This document shows positions 1-14,278 of a stretch of 64,000 nucleotides of DNA, piece after piece. This stretch comes from Felis catus (taxonomy: Eukaryota). The translations under genes were made by a program, and so were the position numbers. The stretch is from positions 137,332,001 through 137,396,000 of the forward strand of contig NC_058368.1 of assembly GCF_018350175.1 (NCBI RefSeq). Reading direction: 5' to 3'. Positions within the stretch are counted from its first letter, which is position 1, and each line of letters starts with the position of its first letter. The notes below the pieces were generated by a model. It was not told where the DNA came from. It did not search any database and worked only from the letters and a program-made list of their open reading frames with translations.

Positions 1-136
1 TTGGATTCTGTGTCTCCCTCTCTCTCTGCCCCTCCCCCAGTCACTCTGTCTCTCTGTCCCTCTCAAAAATAAACAAACATTAAAAAAAAGAGAAGAGAAG
101 ACAACTCCGTTTCTTAACAGCCATATTCACAAAAGA

Positions 137-352
137 GGGGCGCCTGGCTGGCTCAGTCTTGGTTAAGCGTCCGACTTCAGCTCAGGGCATGATCTCGCGG
201 TTTGTGAGCTCGAGCCCCGCGTCAGGCTCTGTTCTGACAGCTCAGAGCCCGGAGCCTGCTTCGGATTCTGTGTCTCCCTCTGTCTCTCCTCCCTCACTCA
301 TGATCTCTCTCTCTCTCAAAAATGAATACACATTAAAAAGATTTTTTTTTTA
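137..352 (+). mobile_element. Can-SINE (the tail of another copy occupies 1-90)
   Basis: ggggcgcctggctggctcagt head, (CT)n, A-rich tail, TSD ttcacaaaaga. Confidence 0.9.
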
Positions 353-1489
353 TTTTCACAAAAGAGAATCTCAATACAGCTAATGCTCTGCCCCACCAGT
401 AGAGAAGTGCAAAGTAAAACGGCGATATTTTGTTTGCTGTCATACTGGCAAAAGTGAAAAAGTTTTGCTAGTGTGTATTGACAAGGTTGTAGTGGAAACT
501 CCTACGTTGAGTAAGTCAGTAGAGCCATTTTAATTTTAAAGCAAAAACATTTTGACACAGCAATTTCCATTTCTTAGAGAAGCATGGGAATGAGTGTATC
601 AGGGGTCCTGTGTGTTCGAGAATGTCAGTAGCCACAGAACCTCCAGACTTCCATCCCACCTTTAATTGTCTGCACTCCAGTTCATAAAAGGGTCTATATA
701 TGTCTTTCTAAAAAACAAAACAAAACACTAAAAATCCCTCCTAACTCTTTATACCCTTCTACTGTGCCCACTGGAATTTACAGTCCTTCATCTGCAGAGT
801 CCGGTCTCAACCTGTTCTTAAACATTTCCTTCACTTCCTTGCTCTTCTGGAAAGCTGACTTTTTGTGCTGTGCAGTTGTGGGTGTTGTTTTCTATAGCCC
901 TTCTAATCAGTGTTTCTAGAGGTGGGAAAGATGTCTGCCGTGCAACTCCTTGCTGCTTTCAGTCTCTTCTCCCTTCGTCCTCCCTAAAAATCCTCAGATT
1001 ATATAATCCATTACTCCTCATGGTGGTTATTTACTGTTGATAGTATAATTGCTATCTGTGACCTCCAGATCATTCCTCTTCATTTTTCAATTGTTTTAGC
1101 TCCAGGTTCATTGCCCCTCTCTTCAGTACTGTCTCAGTCTTTATATTGAAATTGAAAAAAATGTACATAACTGATATTTCCAATATCCTGGCCTCTCATT
1201 CCTAGACCTTTCCTCCAGTGCTCGTCTATCCTGTCTCAGTCACTCACTCCCATAGTGACACCCTTCTGCCTTGTCAGTGACTACAGTCCTTACATAGTTA
1301 CAATTTTATGTGTTCTATTTTGTGACCCCACTTTCTGTTTTTGTAGTTCACTCCTTCTGGTTAATATCTCAGCCCCAACCATCTTTTGACCCCAGCGTAA
1401 TCTCCATTGTATCGATCCTGTTATTGTTTCCCTGCCACTCTTGATATTTTCACTCCCCTTCTTAACCCGGCTGAAATTTCATGGTTAAT

Positions 1490-1673
1490 CTTTTTTAATT
1501 TTTTTTTTTTAATTTAGTTTTGAGAGAGTGAGCACATGCACATGAGCAGGGGAGGGGCAGAGAGAGAGGAAGACAGAAGAGAGAGCCTGATGCAGGACTC
1601 AAACTCACAGAACTGTAAGATCATGACCTGAGCCGAAGTCAGACGCTCAACCAACTGAGCCACCCAGGCACCC
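1490..1673 (-). mobile_element. Can-SINE
   Basis: PolyT...ctgagccacccaggcaccc. Confidence 0.85.
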
Positions 1674-3551
1674 ACAGTTTATCATTTTAATCACTCCTTT
1701 GGATCCACTTCCTTGCTCTTTGCTTGTTTGGTAGAAACACAGGCCTACGTAAAACCAATTCTCTGCTTTGTACCTGCCATTATGCAACTTAGTATAGCTG
1801 GAAGAAAACACACAACCATACCTGACCACTTTACTCAAGGGGACCCTTGATGCTGCCTGTTGGTTGCACTGTGTTTTCTTAGTCTGTTCACTCTCCTATT
1901 CCTGTATGACTATTTCATATCTTCTCTTTCTCAAACCTTCAGATCTCTTTTCCCATCCTCACTTTTAGCTCATACGTGACCTTGCTTCCTGCTTTGCTAA
2001 CAAAATAGAAGCAATCAGAAAACTTACACAGACTGCCAGCACCCTGTGTACCTACCAACATCTGTGTCAGTACATGCTGTCTTCCTGCTTATTACTTAGG
2101 TTAACTGTTCATGTTCTTGTGTCTGCTTTTGTACTAGATCCCATCCTTGTTCATGTGCTCAAGGACATTAATTCAGCTTCTCTCCTTCCACATCATGTTT
2201 TTCCTTTATTGAATTATGTCTGTCAGCAAACAGACATGCTATTATTTTTCCCAGTATTTAAAAACAAAAATCTTGATCCATTCCTCACCACCTGTTTCCC
2301 CATTTTGGGGGTTTCCTTTGCAGCATTATTCCTTGAAAGAGTTGTCCGTACTTGGTAATGCCAAATTCTTCCCTTTCGTATACTACACCAAACCCACTCC
2401 GATCAGGCTTTTGCCTGCCCCATTCCTGCTGAACGGCTCATGTTCTCCAGTAACTTCCATGTTATCAAATGCCATATGCCATCGATTCTGTTCATCTTAC
2501 TTGGTCTATCAGCAGCATTTGACAGGGCTGTTTGTTCCCTTATCCTTGAAACACTTTCTTCTTTGCTTTCCAGTATACTACACACCTCCTGCTTATCTTC
2601 TACCTCCTTCCTGGCCCCTTGTAATTCTCCTTTCAGACCTCGTTTGTTGAAGAACCCAGGGCTCAGTCCTTGCTTTTTGTTGTCTTGTTTTTCCTATCAC
2701 TTCATTCATAATTTTACTCAGTCTCATGGCTTTAAATACCATGTAAATGCCAGCAACAACCAAACTAATTCTAGTCTCCTATGTACAGCTGCCTCTTCAA
2801 CATCTCTACCTAAATGTCTAATGATATACATCAAACTCAGCATTTCCAAACTAAACTCCTAAACATCTCCCCAGTACCTACTCTACACATAGACTTGCCC
2901 CATTTCTATCTGTCAGTAGCCACTCCTCCTCCTCCCAGTAGCTCAGGCTGAAATCTTCGAGTTATCCTGGACTTTGCTTTTTCTGTGACTCTTCACATCC
3001 ATAGTTTCAGGACAACCTGTTTTTTCTATATCATCAAAATATATCCAGAATTTTACAGTGCCTTGTCCTCTCCACTACTATCACCTTGATGCAAGCTACT
3101 ACTGTCATAAATACTGTTTAAATAGGTTACTCAGGTGTCCCCATTCTACCTTAGTCCTTCCCGATAGTCTTTTCTTAATACAGTAGCGAGAGCTAGTCTT
3201 TTGCAAATTAAGACAGCCCCAGTCACTTCCTTATTCAGAGCACTGCAGTGGCTCTTCTTTTGATTCAGAGAAAATCTAGTCCTTACAGTAGCCCACAAAA
3301 CTTTTTATAATCTGCCCAAACCACTCCCCTTTGTCCCTTACCTTCTTGACCTTATTTCCTATTACCAGTTTCCCTCTTTGCACACTGGTCTCCTTGCTCT
3401 ATCAAAAACATATCAGTCATGCTCCTACTTTGGGACTTTTGCTTTAGCTACTGGTTCAGCTATCTGGAATCTGCTTTTCCCAAATATCTACTTGGCTCAC
3501 TGGCTTTACTGTCTAGTCTTTGCTCAGATGTTACCTCCTTTGAACACCTTC

Positions 3552-3775
3552 TTTTTTTTCCTTTCTTCTTTTTTTTTTTTTTTTTAATTTTTGAGAGAGA
3601 GAACGAGCATGAGCAGGGGAGGGGCAGAGAGAGAGAGGGATAGTGAGAGAACACCGAGCAGGCTCTGTGCTGTTAGCCTGGAGCCAGATGTGGGGTTCGA
3701 ACTCAGGAACGGTGAGATTATGACCTGAGTTGAAACCAAGAGTCAGACACTTAACCGACAGAATCCCCCAGACAC
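3552..3775 (-). mobile_element. Can-SINE
   Basis: PolyT tail, GA-rich segment, antisense head. Confidence 0.85.
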
Positions 3776-3874
3776 CGTTTTTAATATGGTATCCTACCTT
3801 CTCCCACCCCCCGCCCCTTATCCTGGATTCTTTTATTTTTTGCATAGCTCATACTACCTTTTACACTGCTATAT

Positions 3875-4050
3875 CAGGGGTCAGCAAGTTAGAGCCCCAC
3901 TACCCTCTGGCTTGTTTTTGTACAGCCTGTGAGCTAAGAGCAGTTTTTACATTTTAAAGTGTTGTAAAACAAAAATAAAGAATCTACAACAGACATGTGC
4001 TCTGCAAAACCTAGAATATTTACTATCAGGCCCTTTGCAGGCAAAGTTTA
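3875..4050 (+). mobile_element. MER58-like hAT MITE
   Basis: caggggtcagcaag...tgagctaagagcagtttttacatttt...aatatttactatcaggccctttgcag matches the MER58 pattern as recalled. Confidence 0.65.
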
Positions 4051-4699
4051 ATGGTATATTCTGTTTATTTTCTTTCTCTTCCCACGCAATTGTAAGCTCC
4101 AAGAGGGCAAAGGTCTTTGTTTTGTTTATTGCTGTATTTACAGCAGCTAGAACAGTGCCTAGAATACAGTAGGCATTCAGTAAATATCAGTTAAATGAAT
4201 GAATTGCTTGTAGTGGTACAAAATTATAAATAGGTTAAGTATTCAAGGACTCATACTGCAATTAGTAATGAAGTAGAGTTATATATAATGAGTAGGAAAG
4301 CAAAGGCATATTTTAAAAGAATTTTTTTAATTATTTAAGTAATCTCTGCACCCAAAGCAGGGATCATATGCTCTACCAACAGCCAACCAGGCACCCCTGA
4401 ATTTTATAAAACAGAAAACATTACTTCTATAGAAACATACGTATTTAGATGCACAAAATAACCGCTCTATAAGCTTATGCATCAGGTGAATATTAGAATA
4501 CCTCTGGGGAGGAGATCAAGGTTAGGAGAGATACTTCAAGGGAGCTAGAATTTCATTCATATTGTTTCCTTTTTTTGTATACAGTGAGAAGCAGTCACAT
4601 GTCTATTTTTCATTTAAAGATTTTTTTTTTTTGAAGAGAAAGGGAAAAAGAAAGAAATAGGTACTAACTAAACCAGTAAGAGAAAATAGTAATGCAGTG

Positions 4700-5770
4700 G
4701 AAAGGGAAGAAAATGTTGCCTTTCTTAAATACTGTATTTTGCCAACAATCTGAATTAGAAGGAATGAGCATTATGAATGCTGAGGAAAACGTGCAAAAGT
4801 AAAGACTCTTGGGTAGGGATAAGCATAACATCAGGGAACTGCCAGACAATCAACATGGAACATAGTGAAAAAGGATCAGAGACTACTAGGAGATTAGTTC
4901 AGAGAGAGGCAGGAGCCCAGATTAGTTACAACTATGTAGCTGTGGTAAGGATATGAGGTTTTATTTTAAGTGTGATGAGAAACCATTGGAAAGTTTTGAT
5001 GGTCAGAAGATGTGATTTAATTGCAGCTTTAACATGGTCATTTTTGCTGCTCTGTCTCAGAGAATGGGCAGTAAGGGAACAAAACAGAAAGGTAGGGAAA
5101 CCTATTGTAGTAGACCATTCTCTTGTAGAACATGGTGGTTCCCAGACTAGGGACGTGAGAAGTGGTCAGACTCAGAGTGTATTTTAGAATATATTCTGAT
5201 AGCCCTAGCTGATGATTTGGATGTGGGATATAAAGGATGATTTGGATGTGGGATTAGTATTTTGGCCTAAACAACTGGATGAACACTTACTATAGGCAAG
5301 TGGAGGAGAACTAGGTTTGAGCAGGATGAGGAAAAGAATCAAGAATTGTGTTTTAGCCAGTGAAGTTTAAGATGCCCATTTCTCGAACAAATGAGTATGT
5401 CTTATAAAATATTGGGTGTTTGAGTCTGGAGTTCAGAGTGCTATTTAATGGCACAGACTGGATGAGGTTATGTATAGGTAGAGAAAAGAAAGGGATATTT
5501 AGGGGTAGGAGAGCCAGCAAAGGAGACTGACAAAGAGTAGCCAGTGATACAAGAAGAAAACCTGGGAGATGTGAGGCTGGGAAGGAGAAGAGTGGTTGCC
5601 TGTGTTCAGCACTGTGGAGGGATTGTGATAAGGCCAAGAAATTGTTGGGTTTGGCAAAAAGGAAATCTCCGTCTCATTGGAGTGGAGTAAAGATGGGGAG
5701 ATGGGGACTGTACACAACTTTCAAGATGTTTCTGTGAATGGAAGGAAGTGGATCAATGGAGTAGTAGTGG
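4700..5770 (-). mobile_element. Degraded L2 fragment, antisense
   Basis: Purine-rich sequence with L2 antisense motifs (ccattggaaagtttt, gtgaagtttaagatgcc). Confidence 0.5.
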
Positions 5771-5929
5771 AGGATGAATGGAGTCAAAGCTGCTTTTTTA
5801 AGACCTTATTTTAAAATAATTTTAAACTTAGAGGAAAGTTGTGAGAATAATTTAAACAGTTCCCATGTACATACAGCTTACCTGGATTGACCGGTTGTTT
5901 ACATTTTGCCACATGCTTTCCTCCCACTC

Positions 5930-5931
<2 letters not shown>

Positions 5932-5964
<33 letters not shown>
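5932..5964. repeat. (CA)n microsatellite
   Basis: Read directly from the sequence. Confidence 0.95.
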
Positions 5965-5966
<2 letters not shown>

Positions 5967-6903
5967 TATTTTTTTGATCATTTCAGAGTAGGCTTTATAC
6001 ATCTTGCACTTTTATCCCTTAAGTACTTTGATTTGTGGGTCTTAAGAGCTGGGATATTCTCTTCTAAAACCACATAATAGTTATCAAATTCTGGAAATTT
6101 AGGGTTTTTACAGTCTATATTACAGTTTTGTTGCTTGTCCCTATAACATTCTTTATAACATTTTTTCCTCCAGTACAGGATCCAGCCCGTGGTTTTATAT
6201 TACATATAATTGTCTTTTTTAAACAGAGTTTTGGGTTTGTTTTTTTTTTTTAATGGAACTTGACCGTTTTATCCTCTTAACTACCCCTTGGTTAATTATT
6301 CTTTCTATGACTAATAAGTGGCAAGACAGGAGCTCAAAGTCAAGCAGAGGAACTCCAGGGTTTGCACTCTTAAGCTCTGTCTTAAAATGCCTCTCAAGTG
6401 ATGCACAGAAAAATGTGAAATTCCCTGTTTGAAGTGGACAAATAAGTCAAAGATACAGATCAGAGGCAATGATCCTTATATTGAAAGAGTGATTGTAACT
6501 TTCTAGATCTGGATTATACTGTTTTAATGGTGGACCAAAGTTTAATATATCACCTCGATGAGCATTAGGACAGAGAGAAAAGCAAGAAAAGTAAAGATAT
6601 TTAAACTTTGTATGTGAAAGTTATCAGACTTTGGTATAAATTATATGTTTTCAGAGTTCTTGGTGCTAATGTTTAGAAAGGTAAAATGCTTGGATTAATT
6701 ATTTTGTGATAGAGTTCAGTTGGCACTGTCTGGTTATAAAGAGTTCTGATCTGTGAAAGAGTTTGTCTAAGCTCATAAAATGCTACCTGTCAACATTTAT
6801 TAGAAAATATTATGAGACGTAATTTAGGGAAAGAGCATTAAACAGTGAATCATTGAAACCACAGGTGCTCCAGAACAGGAACTAGAATGCTCCATTGGCT
6901 TTT

Positions 6904-7123
6904 AAAAAAAATTTTTTTTTCAACGTTTATTTATTTTTGGGACAGAGAGAGACAGAGCATGAATGGGCGAGGGGCAGAGAGAGAGGGAGACACAGAATCG
7001 GAAACAGGCTCCAGGCTCTGAGCCATCAGCCCAGAGCCTGACGCGGGGCTCGAACTCACGGACCGCGAGATCGTGACCTGGCTGAAGTCAGACGCTTAAC
7101 CGACTGCGCCACCCAGGCGCCCC
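6904..7123 (-). mobile_element. Young felid SINE (SINEC_Fc-like)
   Basis: CpG-rich near-consensus copy; TSD ctccattggctttt. Confidence 0.92.
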
Positions 7124-7715
7124 TCCATTGGCTTTTTAGTTGAATAATGCTTTTACATAGTTTCTGTTACAGTTTTAAGGAGATAATGGGTAAAAACTTG
7201 TGTGGGATAGAAACCGAAGTTATGGTGAAAATTTTTCTTTGGCATTTTCAATTAAAGATTGTTCTTACTATTGAACGTGATTTCTGTAAGAAGTGACCTA
7301 AGCCTGACATGGGAACCCAAGTATTTGCTGAAAGAATCAAATGACATGTAACTTAGTAATCCCGCAACTACATTTGAACAGTTGAGTTCAATACAAGTTT
7401 CCCTGAAGGCTTGGAGAATTTCAGTAGCAAGTATAAAGGAAAGAAGAAAGTCTGGCTTTTGTACGTGGAATATGACCAGACTGATTGTTTATAATCAACT
7501 AAATGTTTCACTTCTAGAAGCTGAAAGGACCACAGTCTTTAGTTGCTTTATAGGTGAGGAAATGAGTAGAAGTGATTTGTACAGGGTCGTCCAGCCAGCT
7601 CTTCTGTCTGCAGAGAAGAACTGAGACAAACATGTCAGATCTCTACCACTCCTTTTTTTTTTCTGATATTATTTTGGCTCTTCATGGCACAGAAGAGTTA
7701 AAAGACCCATGGTCA

Positions 7716-7935
7716 GGGGCACCTAGGTGGCTCAGTCAGTTAAGCGTCTGACTTCAGCTGAGGTCATGATCTCACAGTTTGTGGGTTCAAGCCCTGCATC
7801 GGGCTCTGTGCTGACAGCTTAAAGCCTGGAGCCTGCTTTGGATTCTGTGTCTCCCCCTCTCTCTCTACCCCTTTCCTGTTCATGTTCTGTCTCTCTCAAA
7901 AATAAATTTTAAAAATGTTAAACAAACAAACAAAA
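7716..7935 (+). mobile_element. Can-SINE
   Basis: Head ggggcacctaggtggctcag; TSD ccatggtcag. Confidence 0.9.
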
Positions 7936-8920
7936 ACCATGGTCAGAGACAGTTTGTCCCCAAACCCCATGGAGTTAACAGTGGTTTTTTGTTAGCTCCA
8001 GAAGGGCTTTGGCTGTGATTCAAGTGTCTATCGCCCATCCTTCTCCTGACCTGACACTTTATCCTTCCATAGGTCAAGGATGAAATAGGGGAGAAACTGT
8101 AAAGGTTAGGAGGTTTTTCTGGACTCTTACTTCAGCGTAAATACTAAGCTCAGATTCAAGAGTGTGGTATAGTAGTTTAAGGTCTGAGGTAGGAATTTGA
8201 TGGGGAAGCTTAAAAGCCAGTAGAGAAATAAAATACTGAAGCGTAAAAAGGAAAAGACTGTAATAAAAATCCTAGCTTTACTTGCCCCTTACATCCTAGT
8301 GGGCTAGAGGCTTTTGTGTTGGTGTCAGTATTTGCTGATCAGGGACACAGCAGGCAATTTTTATTTATAAAACAGATTTGGTACAGTCATACTCCCATGA
8401 GATTCTAGTAGAGTTTCATTTGCTCAGCAGGCAGGACAAAATTGTGATCTCAGGTAAAAGTATCATTTTCTGAATTGTGGAAATACAAACTTCTGGCCAT
8501 CTCAAATGTTTTGGGTCATGTTCCTCAAATGCCCCACCACACATTGAATTATTGAACTTAATAACATAAAGAAACCTTAGGAATTTTGTTTTTGTAGTTT
8601 CCAGCTATAAAACCCTGCATATATCAGTGGTTAGTAAGTGTTGGCTTATTGATTTCATTTCTGGAGTTCCTTTCTTCTAGAATATGCATACTACTCCTGT
8701 AAGAATACATAATGAAGAGTTGACTAGAGATTGTGTATTTTATTAACTGTAAATAATAATATGGATTATTTGCTGTATGAAATTTTTTTAATTATAATAT
8801 CATTTCATGTGACTTAAAGATTTGGTTTCTGTGTACCTAACCCAACTTCAAGGAAATTATGTAGGAAAAGGTTTTTTTATAATAAATAAATAATTTTTTT
8901 TTAAGAATCACTTTGGTGTA

Positions 8921-9962
8921 GGGGTGCCTGGGTGGCTCAGTCAGTTAAGCGCTTAGTCTGACTCTTGATTTATGAATTAATTTTAATGTTTATTTATTTA
9001 TTTTGAGAGAGAACATGCACATAGGAAAGGGGGAGAGAAAGAGAATCCCAAGAAGGCTTCACGCTGTCAGCCCAGAACCAGACACTCAGCTCAATCTCAC
9101 AAACTGAGGTAATGACCTGAGCCAAAATCAAGTCATGTTTAACTGACTGAGCCACCCAGGCATCTCATGAATTATTTTCTTAAAGAGTAAAATAGTATGT
9201 GACACAAATGATTGAATAGCAAAGTAAAAAGTACTAGAACTCTAACCTTTATCAGTTTAGTATATGCTCAGTGACAAATTTATTTGTAGAATGTACTTAT
9301 TTCTGCAGTTAGAATTTTCTTTTTTTTTTAATTAAAAAAAATTTTTTTTACCGTTTATTTATTTTTGAGAGAGACTGAGACAGAATGCGAGTGGGTTAGG
9401 GGCAGAGAGAGAGGGAGACTCAGAATCCAAAGCAGGCTCCAGATAGTGAGCTGTCAGCACAGAGCCTGATGCCGGGCTCAAACTCAAGAGCTGTGAGATC
9501 ATGACCTGAGCCGAAGTCGGATGCTCAACCAACTGAATCAGTCACCCAGGAGCCCCTGCAATTAGAATTTTCTTATCATACATTAGTAAATTTTGCTTGT
9601 AATATTTGTAGTTATGATTAGTGAGGGAATCTATAGAACTTACTGCCACAGAATTTTTAAGAATCATTGTAGAAGAATTATAGACCCTCTTTTCTGAGCT
9701 ATATTTTAATTTGCTTTTGGCTTTTACATTTTCATGAGATTTTTTTCCTTCTAGTTCAATATAAGGTTTAATCAAGCTATTCATTGATTTTTTCTTAAGT
9801 GGTATTTCTGGAATTATGTGCCAGTGTTTTGAAAAATTAGGAAGTTGATGAGAGGTGATTGGAATTTTTTTTAAGGAGTTTCTAGGTCCAATGTGGGGCT
9901 TGAACTCACAACCCTGAGATCCAGTGTTGCATTCTCTACAGAGTAAGCCAGCCAGGCACCCT
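8921..9962. mobile_element. SINE cluster: + head fragment 8921-8970; antisense copies ~8980-9166, ~9320-9557, ~9865-9962
   Basis: Can-SINE head and tail motifs; TSD tgca(g/a)ttagaattttct around the 9320 copy. Confidence 0.85.
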
Positions 9963-10887
9963 GAAACTTTTTTTATGTTAAGCAAAATTTTGGTATTCTT
10001 GTTTTAAATTTTGTAGTAGTCTTTTCTGTATATCTTTTCTTAGTATTTAAACAGTTTAAAAAGTCCTAATATTAATTTATCATAACATAAAAAATTTTCC
10101 ACACATATAAGATATTTAAACTGTAATCAAATTAATTACAAATGTAGAAATCGTAATAATTTCCATTATCTAGGTAAAAGTAAAATTTCCATTTTTTCTC
10201 TGAAACTAGGTGTCTGGGGTTATAAAACATCTTTGTTGGTATAATTCTTTTGCTTTGCAGAAATTGAGTTTTTTTCCATTGGTAATAAAGATATTTTTCT
10301 TAATTTCCAGTATCTTCTTTATATCATTATGTCTACTCATTTTAAAGACATGATCTGGGGGAAAGTTCTGCGAGTATATCAATTTTCTGTAACTAAGATT
10401 TAACCCTTTAAGTGCCACAACCTTTAAGCATTTTCATATAAAACTTTCTAAATTATATTTCACACGTTTTTGCCTTTTTAACAAGTAAAAAAGGTGTAAT
10501 TTAAGCTCTTTGATGATTCTTTTTTTATTATGAATAGCAAGCACTGTATCATAATATGGTAACATTCCCTGGGATCTTTTGCCCTGTCCTATTTATGACT
10601 TCCAACACTTACACTTTTGGAGATCATTATTATTTATTTTCATTTTAAAGGTAATTTAACCACAGTAGTGAAATTTTTTTGAATAGAAAGGAAAAAAGGC
10701 TTATAATCTTAACCCTCTAATCTGCTGCTAGCTTTTCATTGTTTCCTTCTGGTCTTTTTCATTTAACAATTCTGACTTTATCTTATACATATGTTTTACT
10801 TATTTGTTATTGTTCTCTACATACAACTTTTGATTAGTTTCTTTACTTCCTAACCATAAACATTTTCCATGTCATTACAGAAATTAA

Positions 10888-11370
10888 CTTTTTTTTTTTA
10901 ATGTTTATTTATTTTTGAAAGGGAGAGTGTGAGCAGGGGAGGGGCTGAGAGAGAGAGGGACAGAGGTTCCGAAGCAGTGCTCTGTGCTGACAGCAGTGAG
11001 CCTGACGTGATGCTCGAATTCACTAATCGCGAGATCATGACCTGAGCTGTATAGTTGGATGCTCAACTGACTTGAGCCACCCAGGTACCCCCTGGGATTA
11101 CTTCTAATTCAACAATAAATATATGGGTAAACATTCAACTGTTCGGTTATTATGCGGTTATTAAAAAGATGACTGGGGCACCTGGGTGACTCAGTCAGTT
11201 GAGCGTCCAACTTCAGCTCAGGTCATCATCTTGCTGTTAGGGAGTTCGAGCCACATATCAGGGTCACTGCTGTCAGCACCGCTTTGGATCCTCTGTCCCC
11301 CTCTTTCTCTGCCCCTCCCTTGCTCACACATGCTCTCTTTCTCAAACATAAATAAACATTAAAAAATAAA
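10888..11370. mobile_element. Two Can-SINEs head-to-head (- 10888-11092, + 11175-11370)
   Basis: Head motifs on opposite strands. Confidence 0.85.
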
Positions 11371-13127
11371 AGAATCCCAGGATTAAATCTTTGGGAAACA
11401 CTTTTTTTCCTTTATTTAAGATTCTTAGGATATAGTCTAAGAAGTATAATCATGAGGTCAAAGGTTATTAAAATGCACATGGCTCTTGATACAGGTTGCT
11501 GAGTTGATTTCCAATAGGTTATATTAGTTTACCTTCAATAATCTGTTGGAGGTGATTCATATCTTCAGCACCATAGGGTGTTATTGTTAATAAAATTATC
11601 TTTGTTAATTAGTCTAAAATTTTTACTTCATTACATTTATTGATTATTAATAAGATTCAGTATTTTCCAGGGTTTGTTTACTATTATATTCTGTGAATTT
11701 TCTTTCATGTATTATCTGTTTCTTCTAAACCAGTTTTCCAGATAAGTAATTAATATATTACTGTCTTGTTGCATCATCTCACTTTGTCTAACTTTCTCTA
11801 ACATCTCACTTTCTCTAACATGAGAGGAGCTCCCTTTATATTTGCTCATATAAGACATGTGTTTATCTTCCATACTTGTAAATAGTGGTGCCTCTGGAAA
11901 TGTTTAAGAGATATTGTAAGTTCTTTGACATGTGGACTGTCTTAGTCTTGGGAAGCCAGTATTACTTGAAAGCTAACATCATAGTGAGGGTAAATTGCCA
12001 CTATTCCTACATCTCTCACAGGTATAAATATGAATGAAACAAATATGAAGCATTTTTTCCCTTGATGACAGCAGAAGCAGTGATTGCTATTGTTCAGAAC
12101 CAAAATAGTATAATTTGGAATAGGCAAATTATAGGCAAGGGAAGGGTAGAAGTAGATGAATAAGGAATTCTGTGTCTGGAAAGAGGATGTACACCTGAAC
12201 TGGCAGCTGGCTTTATTGGTTTTCTCTGTTTTCCTACTCAGTTTATTCTCCACCCATTTTGATATATTCATTATACTCAGTATCTCCCAGAGACTTCATG
12301 TCAGCTCTCAAATTTACTCTCGTTGTTCAGTCTAAGGAAATTGATTTCCACGATAGTCATCAGCTTCACTATACCAACCCTACAGTTCCTAGAGAACTCC
12401 TTAAAAAGTTTAGTTCCTTCCACTTAAATACATTTTGGGAATAGCTTGTTATAATATAACATTTAATATATAATCATGTGATTATATCTATAATATTTAA
12501 TATTTCTATTATAATTAAGCTCTTTTGGTTCCAAGGAAGAGAAACCCATTCGGATTGTCTTAAGAGAAAGGGAAAGGTTTATTTTAAGTCATTTGTGAAA
12601 GTCGAAAACCATCAGAAAACACGACAGCTCCCAGGAGCAGTTACTTCTCACTCTGGTAGACCATGTAATCTTGCTCAGTGCGTCCCTCCTCCTCTGTGTG
12701 CTGTCCGTTCTCCTTTCTGCTCACTTAGAATTTCTGCCCCTTTATAATTTTGTCTTGGCATACGGAACCTAATGATGGCCACATCACTGACATTTTAGCT
12801 TCTTTGAGTACTGGTAAATGATCCTAGTGCTTTCTGTTCATATTTCTGAGAAAGGAAATCCACTTGATTGAGCTCACCTTTTTATGCCAGGATTCATCAT
12901 ATGGAAGGTCACGTACCCAATCTTGGTTTAATCAGTTGCATTTAGGAAATGCAAAGTGTCAACCTTGCCATTAGACCCAACACTTAGGCTTGGCCATGGA
13001 CTATCCAGTTCCCTTTAGAGAAAGGGTTTGAGTTTACTGGTAGATACCTATCAGAAAATCGGTGTAGTATGCAAAAATGAAGGACGAAAAGAACTTCATA
13101 ATATAGAACTGAATGTTCTATGTTTTT

Positions 13128-13575
13128 ATTTATTTTATACTTTTTTTTTTTTTTGAGAAAGAGGGAGCAAGTGAATGAGGGGCAGAGAGAGAATCTTATG
13201 TGAGAGAGATAGCGGGAGAGAAGCAGGGCTCACCCAAAGTGGGTCTCAAGCTCACCCTATGTGGGACTCAGACTCACGATCTCTGAGATCCTGACTCACG
13301 CCAAAGTCAGATGCTTAATGACTGAGCCACTCAGGTGCCCCTGTAACTATGTTTTTAAAAGTTGAAGTTAGGGGCGCCTGGGTGGCTCAGTCGGTTAAGC
13401 ATCTGAATTCATCTCAGGTCATGATCTCGTGGTCCGTGAGTTTGAGCCCCGTGTCGGGCTCTGTGCTGACAGCTCAGAGCCTGGAGCCTGTTTCAGATTC
13501 TGTGTCTCCCTCTTTCTCTCTCCTCCCCCACTCTGTCTCTCTCTTCTCAAAAATAAACGTTAAAAAATTTTTTTT
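13128..13575. mobile_element. Head-to-head Can-SINE pair (- to 13341, + from 13371)
   Basis: ...caggtgcccc, a 29-nt spacer, then ggggcgcctgggtgg... Confidence 0.9.
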
Positions 13576-14278
13576 GTTGAAGTTAAATTTTTTCCCTTAA
13601 TTGAGTTGTAATGTTTCTAGGTCTTGATTTCCCCATTTTTGTAAATAAAAGGATTGGATATAATGTTTGCATTCTGAAAATGTTATGATTGCTATTCCCT
13701 AAGGACAGTTAAAGTTGATGAATTCCAATTTCATGGGATGAGGGGGATGGATGGTGATTAGGACATGATATTCAGTTGGCCAATAACTCAGTATCTCTGT
13801 TTGCAAGAGGACAATAAGCTTTTTAACACAAGATTCACTTTTAAGGGTATATTTTTATAAACCAAACACTTTCTTAGTATGTATAGTAGATTAGTATTAT
13901 TCTTTGCGTGTCCAGTATGATCTCAGATTCCCTTAGCTTCACACATTTCATTCTAGATTTCTATATTCATTAATTTGTTTATGTCTCAATCTTGGTTGAG
14001 TCTCGCTGTCACAGTAAGAGAAAAACAGACTTGAACACACAGAATATGTGCTACTGTTTTTTGTGCTAAATTGTTAGTCATATAGTACTATTTGTCATAC
14101 AACATTATTTCTTGCTATTTTTTTCCATTTGTGAACTATCTCTATAGAATTTGTTTTGTGATATTCTTTTCCTCTCTTCATACTGCGAAGACTACTCTCA
14201 GTCAACTACTTAATTTTTGCCCTTATAAAATTTTTGCAGATTGATTACATTCATGTCTGATTTAATATTCAACATTTG

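Larger units (their letters stand above)
600..4205 (+). mobile_element. Long degraded LINE-2 (L2) remnant, interrupted by SINEs and a MER58
   Basis: Pyrimidine-rich L2 body ending in the typical L2 3' end (tgtaagctccaagagggca...gaacagtgcctagaatacagtaggcattcagtaaata...aatgaatgaat). The 5' boundary is uncertain. Confidence 0.7.

Noticed and set aside
137..230. tRNA-like A/B-box sequences in SINE heads
   Set aside because: Can-SINEs are tRNA-derived; none looks like a complete tRNA gene.
2074..2862. Overlapping 94-144 aa ORFs
   Set aside because: They lie in the decayed L2 remnant and show no recognisable intact domain.
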